Shown here: positions 32,539-42,508 of the stretch, piece by piece | Layout: the number at the start of each line of letters is the position of its first letter | Position numbering within the stretch: position 1 is the first letter of the stretch | From: an uncultured bacterium | Lineage (GTDB): Bacteria; Krumholzibacteriota; Krumholzibacteriia; LZORAL124-64-63 | Assembly: GCA_963732385.1 (NCBI GenBank) | Contig: CAVSZB010000007.1 | Span: 1,504,001-1,568,000 of the forward strand | DNA: 64,000 nt | Direction: 5' to 3' | Program-made: the position numbers and the translations under genes | The notes under the pieces: model-generated | Seen by the model: only the letters and a program-made list of their open reading frames with translations | Told to the model about the DNA's origin: nothing | Databases searched by the model: none

Positions 32539-34014
32539 TCAACTCGCCGGTATTGCCACTAAATCCCGTTCGCCACCGTATCCATCAAGGATACCGGCGC
32601 AGAGCATAAACAAGGTCCCGACCACGGAGAAGAAGCGGTAATCGATAGCAAGGCCACCGGCCAGATAGCCCACCATGAGCCCACCGAATACAGGCATCAC
32701 ATATGAAGTAAAGTGATCCTCTTCAGCTCGACGGATCAGTTTGCGAAAGAATATGCGGATGATCATGAAATAAATCGCAATCTGCAGGCCTGCTCCCACC
32801 AACCCGGTCTCGGCCAGGGGGCCAATGTAAATATCATGGATGCTGGTGCGCCGGAACTGCCAGTAACCGATGATCGGGAACCCAGGGACTGCGACCGGCT
32901 TGAGATATTCATCGCGGACTTTGCCATACTGAAAGAAGCCGACTCCGAACAGCGGGTGGTCCCGCCAAACGCGCAGCACGGTCACGGCAGTTCCCAGTCG
33001 CGATCCGATAGTATCTTCGTTCTCCATGCGCTCCTTCATGAACTTGTCCTGGGCCAACCCCAGCATCGTTACGGCCAGAATGGGCGCGAGAAGTGCCAAC
33101 GGCATCAGATAACGCAGATATGCCTTGCGGTTAAGCGCCGCAGCTATTACTAGTGCCACAATTCCAGCGAGCCACGAACCTCGGGTATATGTGAAGTACA
33201 GACCACCGATACCCAGCAACATGCTAACGGCCAATAGCAACCGCATCCAACTTCGCTTGACGGTAGCCAGGAAATAGAGATGAATCGGCAGCAAGATACC
33301 GATGATCGTGCCGAACAGGGGAGCATGCAAGAACGGGCCGACCGAGCGCCCTCTCCACCCAACATCGATACCGATCATGATCTTCGGCCACAGGAGCCAA
33401 TTAATGTCAAACTTCTCTGCGACCGAGGTCACGTTGTAATAAACGCTCAGCGCCAGCAGGCCCCAGAGAAGGTTGCGAATCTGCCGGTGGCTGGTTATGA
33501 TGTTTTTCGCCAGAAAATAGACCGTGTACGGGATCAAGATGCACACCGTCCAGGTGGCAAAGAACTCCATACCCTGGAATACAACCTGCGTCAGGATGTA
33601 GAGGGCGTGCGCCAGGAGCAGAAGATCCAGACTGAACGGACGTCGCATAGCTCGCCGTTCGGCAACGGCCTTCACCAGAAATACGAGGACCGTCCAGATC
33701 ATCAACATGCGGTCCAGGTACAGGTCCGGCAATATCGGCGTCTTAATTGACCAGATGTAACGGAACCCGCCGATCGACAGGATCCAGAGGTAGAACGGGA
33801 CGGGGAGGTAGCGAAAAGAGATAATCGAGAAGAGGACCGCGAACAGAACTCCAGCCAGCACCTCCACGAACCGACCGGCGCCCAATCGTCTTATGACCAG
33901 CTGGCTGCCCAACAGTACGGCACCCGCGAGCAGAATGTACCCGGCAGTCGCTATCCGACGCGTCATGACCCGAGAATCACCGGAGCCGGCCACAGCTCGC
34001 TTCAGATCGAGCAC
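32539..34014 (-). CDS. O-antigen ligase/Wzy-type polymerase family protein
   Basis: Many TM segments; TYTRGSW, SRL..W.DHPLFGVG, HDIY..LAETGLVG. Confidence 0.85.
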   Translation of the reverse strand: MLDLKRAVAGSGDSRVMTRRIATAGYILLAGAVLLGSQLVIRRLGAGRFVEVLAGVLFAVLFSIISFRYLPVPFYLWILSIGGFRYIWSIKTPILPDLYLDRMLMIWTVLVFLVKAVAERRAMRRPFSLDLLLLAHALYILTQVVFQGMEFFATWTVCILIPYTVYFLAKNIITSHRQIRNLLWGLLALSVYYNVTSVAEKFDINWLLWPKIMIGIDVGWRGRSVGPFLHAPLFGTIIGILLPIHLYFLATVKRSWMRLLLAVSMLLGIGGLYFTYTRGSWLAGIVALVIAAALNRKAYLRYLMPLALLAPILAVTMLGLAQDKFMKERMENEDTIGSRLGTAVTVLRVWRDHPLFGVGFFQYGKVRDEYLKPVAVPGFPIIGYWQFRRTSIHDIYIGPLAETGLVGAGLQIAIYFMIIRIFFRKLIRRAEEDHFTSYVMPVFGGLMVGYLAGGLAIDYRFFSVVGTLFMLCAGILDGYGGERDLVAIPAS

Positions 34015-34015
34015 C

Positions 34016-35431
34016 TCAGTCCATCCGCGTGACGCTGGCGAACACCGGCAGTTTCAGATTCTCCTCGATGTCCTGCGGCGCGTATATGCGATGGTCCAGG
34101 CTCTCCTGCGTGAATGCGCCGACAATGCCCAGCGCGATGGCGAACAGCACGATCATGGCAAGATAAACCATGGTCTTGCCCCCAGCCAGCACCGCTACCA
34201 GTTCCGGCTCGGTCAGCACAACGATCTTACTCACCCGGGCATCGGCCATCTCGCTCATGCGGACCTCGCCCCACTTGCCCTGCATAGCAGTCAGCAGATC
34301 GCGCAGCGACTTGATGTCGCTCTCGAGCATCGCAACCTGCTGGTAAACTTCAGGAATTCGCTCGTTGTCGTTTTTGATCGCGTCCACCTGGGCCTGCAGA
34401 GTTTTCTCGCGCTGACGAATCGAAAGGAGGGACAGGTGCACGCTTTCGGTGTACGCAACCTCCTCCTCCCGCAACCGCTTCAACGAGCTCTCCAGCAGCG
34501 CTCGCTGGCGGCGGGCCGGCAGACTGTCGTCGGTGTAAACGGTGAGGATCGAGTTGAGGGCGTTCTCGTGCTTGCCTACCTGATCGCGCCAGCCGACCAG
34601 GGTCGAAGCACGGCTTTCGTCCTGCCCCGCGGGGAACTCGCGCGGATCCCGGTCCAGATACCCTTTCAGCAATGCGTATTCCACCTCGAGCTGTTCGCGT
34701 TCGACCTGCACCTTGCGCAGTTGCGATTCCGTGTCGGCCGCCGTGCCCACGGAAAAGCGCATTTCGTCTTCGAGCGAAGGATAGCCCGTCTGGCGCAGAA
34801 TTTCCCCGCGCACCGCTAGCAACGAGTCGATCCCGGCGCGCACGGTCGCGATCTGCTCTGAGTAGTAGGCCACCGCACCGAGATTGCGGCGCCCGGAGTC
34901 CTCGTACTCCATGAAAGCGCTGCGCAGCGCCCCCACCGCCATCAGGGCCACGCGGGGGTTCTCCGCCGTGTGACGGAATTCGAGAATGCTGGACTCGCCG
35001 ACCACGTTGACATCGAGACCTTTAACCAGATAATCTCGGAATTCGGTGCTCCCCTGCAGCCTGGCAAGCTTGGGAGCAAGCCGGCGGATAACCGGCAGCG
35101 AATCGGTCAGTGCCGCGACTGCCCGATCGGCGACCGATATACTCATGGCGATGTTCAGGAACGTGCTCATCTCACGGTCGAAATCGATGACCCTGCCCGT
35201 AATGTTCCAGCGCGGCTGATCGACGTTCGACAGCTCTACCAGGACGCGTGTGGTGGCGGTATAGGTGCCCGTGCGCCCCAAAAGGCTGCCACCGCCGACG
35301 AGGATGATCGGAAGGGAAATGGACAGGATGATCCAGCGACGGCGAAACAGGACGAACACGAGGTCACGCGGGGTCAGCCCCCGCTGCCGAACCGGCCCCG
35401 GAACGTTCGCATGCGGTTCGTTTCCCGACAT
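34016..35431 (-). CDS. Polysaccharide co-polymerase (GumC/Wzc N-terminal, chain-length determinant)
   Basis: LFRRRWII + TM, coiled-coil periplasmic region, second TM, ESLDHRI..DIEENLKLPVFASV. Confidence 0.85.
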   Translation of the reverse strand: MSGNEPHANVPGPVRQRGLTPRDLVFVLFRRRWIILSISLPIILVGGGSLLGRTGTYTATTRVLVELSNVDQPRWNITGRVIDFDREMSTFLNIAMSISVADRAVAALTDSLPVIRRLAPKLARLQGSTEFRDYLVKGLDVNVVGESSILEFRHTAENPRVALMAVGALRSAFMEYEDSGRRNLGAVAYYSEQIATVRAGIDSLLAVRGEILRQTGYPSLEDEMRFSVGTAADTESQLRKVQVEREQLEVEYALLKGYLDRDPREFPAGQDESRASTLVGWRDQVGKHENALNSILTVYTDDSLPARRQRALLESSLKRLREEEVAYTESVHLSLLSIRQREKTLQAQVDAIKNDNERIPEVYQQVAMLESDIKSLRDLLTAMQGKWGEVRMSEMADARVSKIVVLTEPELVAVLAGGKTMVYLAMIVLFAIALGIVGAFTQESLDHRIYAPQDIEENLKLPVFASVTRMD

Positions 35432-35436
35432 GACTG

Positions 35437-36225
35437 CTAGTACCTTCCTGGCAGGCCTTTGGAAATATTGTAGGAGTCGTAGACAATGCGAGTGAAGGTG
35501 CCAATGCCGGAGAGCACGGACTTGGCAAAATATGCGAAGTCTGCCACCCGCGAGCGGGGCACATAGACGATGTCGAATGATTCGAGCGGAATCGTCGCCA
35601 ACCTGACGAACTGGGCGGATCCGAAGGTTTTGAGGTTCACTTCCTGGAACTGGTAACCCTCTCCGGTCACGCGGACGATGAGCGTGCCTTCGCGGGCGGC
35701 ATCTTCGGTGAAACCGCTGGCCAGGCTGATGGCGCTCATGATGTCTATGCCGCCCAGGGGAATCGCATAAGTGCCCGGATCACGCACCTCGCCCAGCACA
35801 TAGACGCGCCGGCCCAGCGTCTTCTCGATCTTGACCGACAACGCGGGTTCACGGTACTCGCGAGAGTAGGCCGCGGTCAGTGCCGAATCGGCCTCGGAGA
35901 GGGTCAGTCCGGCCAGTCGGATCTGATCGATGCCGACCAGACTCGCCGTGCCATCACTCAGCACCAGGACGTTTTCCTGGTTCAAGTCGCGCTCGTAGGC
36001 GAAATTGATCTTGAGGATGTCCCCCTCCTGGATGCGGTAGGAGTGGGTGGCCTGCGCCTCGATATCCGCCTTCTGCTCGGGCCCGAAGGCCACCATCTCA
36101 TTGCGCGGCACATACGGGTGGGCCCCGCCGCAACCGGCCAGCGCCGCCAGCAGGAGGACGCAAGCCGAACACATCATGGTCTTCCCCGTCCGCCGGCCGG
36201 AACTCACTGGATTACAGTCTGTCAT
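35437..36225 (-). CDS. wza: Polysaccharide export lipoprotein (Wza/Poly_export + SLBB)
   Basis: Lipobox LAGC, YRIQEGDIL, DG..SL..I..AGLT, VYVLGEV..PG, DIVYVP. Confidence 0.88.
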   Translation of the reverse strand: MTDCNPVSSGRRTGKTMMCSACVLLLAALAGCGGAHPYVPRNEMVAFGPEQKADIEAQATHSYRIQEGDILKINFAYERDLNQENVLVLSDGTASLVGIDQIRLAGLTLSEADSALTAAYSREYREPALSVKIEKTLGRRVYVLGEVRDPGTYAIPLGGIDIMSAISLASGFTEDAAREGTLIVRVTGEGYQFQEVNLKTFGSAQFVRLATIPLESFDIVYVPRSRVADFAYFAKSVLSGIGTFTRIVYDSYNISKGLPGRY

Positions 36226-36928
36226 AGATCGCCTTGGGCAGGTCGTAGGACCGCCGGTTGATCACCGTTCCCAGCACCAGCACCGATTTGGCGCGCAGCG
36301 CTTCGATTCCATGGCCGATGACCTCGCGCTTGAGATGGCGCTGTTCGATCACCAGCAGCAGACCGTCTGTCGCCGCAGCCATGAGAGCCGTATCGGTAGT
36401 GCTGAGAACCGGCGGCAGGTCGATCAGCGTGAAGTCGAACCGCTCCGACAACGCCCGCACCAGATCATGGCACTTCTGGTCCGCGAACAGACCCCTGACC
36501 GAAGTGAGATTCAGTCCGGACGGGATCACCACCGGGTTACTGAACTGCGACAGATTTTCGAGGCGCCCCGGATGCTGCAGGAGCGTGCTCAGGCTCGGAC
36601 CCTCATGATGGATAAGTCGTTGCTGCGGGGCCTGGAAGTTGGCGTCGATCCAGGCGACCTTCCGCTGGTAGACGGTCGCCAAGTACATGGCCGCATTATA
36701 AGAAACGAAGCTGGCGCCTTCGCCGGCTACGGTCGAGGCGAACGCCAGGACCGCTCCCCGGCTGTCAGGCCTCAGCCCGAGCAACCGATTGGCAAGCTGA
36801 TTGAACTCGCCTTTCTGGCTGCCGGCCGGCGCCGGGAACAGTTCAAAGGTTGTCGCCCGGCCGATCTCGGGGGCGAGATCAGGCGTGTCGCCAATCTTAT
36901 TCCGGTACGCTTCATAGATCTTCGACAT
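36212..36928 (-). CDS. CpsD/CapB-family tyrosine kinase homologue with degenerate Walker A
   Basis: Start ATG 36928 (MSKIYEAY); STVAGEGASF, IDAN, FDFTLIDLPPV, DGLLLVI, LGTVINR. Confidence 0.85.
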   Translation of the reverse strand: MSKIYEAYRNKIGDTPDLAPEIGRATTFELFPAPAGSQKGEFNQLANRLLGLRPDSRGAVLAFASTVAGEGASFVSYNAAMYLATVYQRKVAWIDANFQAPQQRLIHHEGPSLSTLLQHPGRLENLSQFSNPVVIPSGLNLTSVRGLFADQKCHDLVRALSERFDFTLIDLPPVLSTTDTALMAAATDGLLLVIEQRHLKREVIGHGIEALRAKSVLVLGTVINRRSYDLPKAIYDRL

Positions 36929-37122
36929 GGCACCCGTCTCCGACTGCAAATTGCCGACCGGGGGCTCGCTGACGGCGAGCCCACCCGATGACCCCGATGC
37001 CACGCGGACCGATTCCCTGAACCCCGCTCACCCTGCGTGATATCGTGCGCAAACCCTTCTGCCTTTAGCAATTTTGCCGGATTGACCCCCGCGACTGCAG
37101 TTCTGGGAGACGAGTGTGAGTC

Positions 37123-37150
37123 AAGGTAGGAAATTTCGGCCAACTGTCAA
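37123..37150 (-). promoter_or_regulatory. Putative sigma70 promoter for the EPS export operon
   Basis: Minus strand TTGACA-N16-TACCTT, about 200 bp upstream of the cpsD-like start. Confidence 0.45.
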
Positions 37151-37245
37151 TAATGCGCAGTCGGCCACCGGGTATAGAACATGGCCCGGCCGCGAGAACG
37201 GCGCCGAAACCGCGAAATCGCCCGCGGGGCCTGTCGGACCGCGCC

Positions 37246-39379
<2,134 letters not shown>

Positions 39380-39410
39380 CCGATGCCCTGTCCCGCCCCC
39401 CCGCCCACGC

Positions 39411-39438
39411 TCAAGCCGCGCCCCCGCGCGGCCGATAA
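39411..39438 (+). promoter_or_regulatory. Putative sigma28-type promoter
   Basis: TCAA-N16-GCCGATAA (consensus -10), 52 bp upstream of the HDOD gene. Confidence 0.6.
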
Positions 39439-39490
39439 TCCCCTTTGCACCCCGTTTCGCGCCCCCCTCCGCCGCCGCCGAGGAGTCGCC

Positions 39491-40936
39491 ATGGTCGCCC
39501 GCGCCGAAGTCGCCCGTGAGATCGACAAACTGTCGGAGCTGCCGATCCTGCCGCAGGTTCTGATCACGCTGAACAAGGTGGCCGAAGACGACAACGCTTC
39601 GGCCGAGGATCTGGGCAAGATCATCCTCAAGGACCAGGGGCTGACGATGCAGCTCCTGAAGCTGGTCAACTCCGCCTACTACCGGCAGCAGAAGCGGGAA
39701 CGGGTCACCACGGTGTCGAAGGCGGTCATCATCCTCGGTTTCAACGGGGTGCGGCGGCTGGCGCTGGGCATGTCGGTCTACTCCATGCTCAAGGATGCCG
39801 ACCGGCTGCCCGGCCTGTCGGAACTCTGGAGTCACGCGCTGACGGTGGCGATCACGGCGCGGCAGCTGGCGGCGCGCACCGGCTACCTGCCGGCGGAAGA
39901 GGCGTTCGTGGCCGGCCTGACGCACGACATCGGACGCGTGGTGCTGGCCCGCTGCGATCCGGAGGCCTGGGCGCGGGTCATGGAGGGCGCGCCCGACTCG
40001 ACCGAGCTGCGCGAGCGCGAGCGAATCCACTTCGGGGTCAGTCACGCCATGGCGGGCAAGAAGCTGGCGCACCGCTGGAGCCTGCCGACGCCGCTCGAGG
40101 AGATCATCGGCGACCACCACGCCTACGATACGCAGGCGCTCGTGCCGGGCTCGCCTCTGATGCGGCTGATCATCGGCGCCAACCGTTTCGCGCGCGCGTT
40201 GATGGTCAATCCCGACCGCGAGGGGTTCGACGGCGCCTGCGAAAACCTGCGCGCCTCCTTCCATTTGACCGGCCTGCAGGTGCAGGAGCTCTACCAGGGG
40301 ATCTGGCGGGAGTACGAGGAACTGGCGCATGCCTTCGATATCGTCGGCGCCTGGGATCCGGCCGGAGGCGCCGCCGCTTTCCGCCCCGACATCGACCGCG
40401 ACGAGATGCTCAACCGTCTGCAGGCCATCTCGGCCGCCATGGTGACCCCCGGAAACACACCGGAGCAGGTGCGCGACCTCGTGCTCGACGGCATCATGGG
40501 GTCGGTCGCCGTGGAGCGGATCTTCCTCGTCGAGCCCGACCCCGCGGGCGCCTCGCTGGTCTGCCGGGCCTGGCGCGGACGCGTCACCCCGGAGCAGGAA
40601 AACGCGTTCCGTCTGCCGCTCACCCCGGCCGGCGGCATCGCCGCGCGCACGCTGCTGGAACTGCGCCCCTTCCACATCTCCGATCCCGAGGCGCCCGGGG
40701 TGCGCCATTATCTGCACGCGGAGCTGCTGGCCGCTCTCGGCCCGCGCGAATTCGCCACGGTGCCGCTGCTGTTCCAGGGCCGGGCGGTCGGCCTGCTCTG
40801 GTACGACAACCCCGTCACCGGCCGCCCCCTCGCCGAGCCGCTGCGCAACGCCATCGCCACCCTCGCCAACACCCTGGCTCTGGTGTTGGGCAGTCGGGCG
40901 CCGGCCGTGGCGCCGCCGGAGCCGGTGCGCGCCTGA
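39491..40936 (+). CDS. HDOD domain + GAF domain signalling protein
   Basis: AGGAG RBS; LPILP, ILKDQGLT..LLKLVNSAYY, AGLTHDIGR, HA..G..LA..WSLP; GAF-like tail VPLLFQGRAVGLLWYDN. Confidence 0.88.
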   Translation: MVARAEVAREIDKLSELPILPQVLITLNKVAEDDNASAEDLGKIILKDQGLTMQLLKLVNSAYYRQQKRERVTTVSKAVIILGFNGVRRLALGMSVYSMLKDADRLPGLSELWSHALTVAITARQLAARTGYLPAEEAFVAGLTHDIGRVVLARCDPEAWARVMEGAPDSTELRERERIHFGVSHAMAGKKLAHRWSLPTPLEEIIGDHHAYDTQALVPGSPLMRLIIGANRFARALMVNPDREGFDGACENLRASFHLTGLQVQELYQGIWREYEELAHAFDIVGAWDPAGGAAAFRPDIDRDEMLNRLQAISAAMVTPGNTPEQVRDLVLDGIMGSVAVERIFLVEPDPAGASLVCRAWRGRVTPEQENAFRLPLTPAGGIAARTLLELRPFHISDPEAPGVRHYLHAELLAALGPREFATVPLLFQGRAVGLLWYDNPVTGRPLAEPLRNAIATLANTLALVLGSRAPAVAPPEPVRA

Positions 40937-40996
40937 CCGTTCGCCGCCACGCGGCTCCGGCTTGCTCCGCTCGCGTTCCTGTCGGATAATAACGGG

Positions 40997-42097
40997 ATGC
41001 AATGTCCACTCCGACTCCGCGGCGCCATCCGGACTCTGATGTCCGCGCTCGCGTCCGCCCTCGTGCTTGCGCTCGCGTTCGCGCTCTCCGCGTCCGCCGG
41101 CCTGCCGACAGCCGCCACGACCCGCGCTTCCACGTATGCCGTCCCCAAGGACGACCGCTCTCCCCTGATCGGCCCCTCCCCCGCGCGCCTGCCATTCGAC
41201 TGCGACGGCGCCCCGGTCGTGACCATCGCCGCCGGCGCCGACTCGCTCGACGGCACGACCGTGGGCGAGCCGGACCGCACCTCCGGCTACAGCTGCGTGG
41301 CGTGGGACGAAAGCGGTGGCGAAGCGATCTACCGCCTCGAAATCACGCAGGACGTCACGCTCTCGATCACGCTCACCGACCTGACGGCCGACCTCGACCT
41401 GTTCCTGCTCTCCGCCTGCGACGGCGAGGCCTGCCTCGCTGCCGGCAGCCAGGGTTTCGCGGTGCGGACACCGCCGGGCAGCTATATCCTCACGGTGGAC
41501 GGCTATCTGGGCGCGGCCGGCACCTTCCGTCTCCACTGGCGCGCCCTCGCGGCCGGGGTGCCGGCGGAGGTCTGCGAGGGGGGCGCCACAGCCGTCACCT
41601 GCGCCGGCACGCCTGCCGAGTTCCTCACTTCGACCCTCTGGGACGCTCCCGACCTCGTCGAGATGTACGCCTGCGCCCCGATCCTCGCGCGCGGCGGCGA
41701 GGCGTGGTACGCGGTGACGATGGCCGACAGCTCCAATTTCACCGCTCTGGTGTCCGATCAGTTGTTCGACGCGGCGATCTGGCTGTTCGACGGCTGCGGC
41801 CCCGACGCCCTCTGCCTCGCCTTCATCGACGCCACCGCTGCGGGCAGCCCGGAAGAACTCCGCTTCACCAACAGCACCGACGCGCAGCGGACCGTCTATC
41901 TCGCCGTCGATGCCATCCGGCCCATCCCCGACCTCTACAGTGGCGGCTACAGTCTGCGGATCTCCTGCTCCAAACCGGTCGTCGTGCCGATCCTGCGCAC
42001 GAGCTGGGGGGCGATCAAGGGGCTGTACGGCCCGCGGGGGGGCGGCGCCGGCCCCGTCACCGGAGCTTCGGGGACGACAGGGAAGATCCGCCGCTGA
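40997..42097 (+). CDS. Exported Cys-rich protein with two PPC-like beta domains and an SWGxIKxLY motif
   Basis: Signal peptide; two similar units (GGEAIY..DLDLFLLSAC..YILTVDG; GGEAWY..DAAIWLFDGC..YLAVD); PILRTSWGAIKGLY near the C-terminus. Confidence 0.75.
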   Translation: MQCPLRLRGAIRTLMSALASALVLALAFALSASAGLPTAATTRASTYAVPKDDRSPLIGPSPARLPFDCDGAPVVTIAAGADSLDGTTVGEPDRTSGYSCVAWDESGGEAIYRLEITQDVTLSITLTDLTADLDLFLLSACDGEACLAAGSQGFAVRTPPGSYILTVDGYLGAAGTFRLHWRALAAGVPAEVCEGGATAVTCAGTPAEFLTSTLWDAPDLVEMYACAPILARGGEAWYAVTMADSSNFTALVSDQLFDAAIWLFDGCGPDALCLAFIDATAAGSPEELRFTNSTDAQRTVYLAVDAIRPIPDLYSGGYSLRISCSKPVVVPILRTSWGAIKGLYGPRGGGAGPVTGASGTTGKIRR

Positions 42098-42124
42098 CCT
42101 CGGTGTGTGTTGTGTGGGGGGGGC

Positions 42125-42452
42125 GGGCGACGGGCCATCCTGACAGAGGTTGCTACGGGAGCAAAAAGTGCGCGACCCGGAGCAGCGCGCCGTGGGCGAC
42201 GGGCCATCCTGACAGAGACTGCTATGGGAGCAAAAAGTGCGCAACCCGGAGCGGTGCCGTGCGGCCAAAGGTGTCAACCTGACGTGACCGCATCTGTCCC
42301 TATTCCCAACGCACTTTTTGCAGCCGTAGCAGCCGCTGTTCGGATGAACGTCGGGCCCCCTGTCGACACCCCGCGGCCCGCGCACTTTTTGCAGCCGTAG
42401 CAACCGCTGTTCGGATAGGCCGCGGGGAACCCGTCACCACCCCGCGGCCCGC
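42125..42452. repeat. Four copies of a 35-bp element: two direct copies, then two inverted copies
   Basis: Plus-strand copies at 42137-42171 and 42206-42240 (ATCCTGACAGAGRYTGCTAYGGGAGCAAAAAGTGC); minus-strand copies at 42311-42345 and 42382-42416 (ATCCGAACAGCGGYTGCTACGGCTGCAAAAAGTGC). Confidence 0.92.
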
Positions 42453-42508
42453 GGAACGCAACCCCGCCGCTTGATTCCGGGACCGTCGTCCCGTACTGTT
42501 CGAGCGCC

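Noticed and set aside
42137..42416. 35-bp repeats with 34-36 bp gaps as a CRISPR array
   Set aside because: Only two copies per orientation, the spacers are themselves partly duplicated, orientations oppose each other, and there is no cas gene or leader in the window
42107..42440. Peptides HPNSGCYGCKKC / HPDRGCYGSKKC as a ferredoxin- or metallothionein-like small protein
   Set aside because: They are translations of the DNA repeat on both strands; the 71-bp period breaks frame and there is no credible start or RBS
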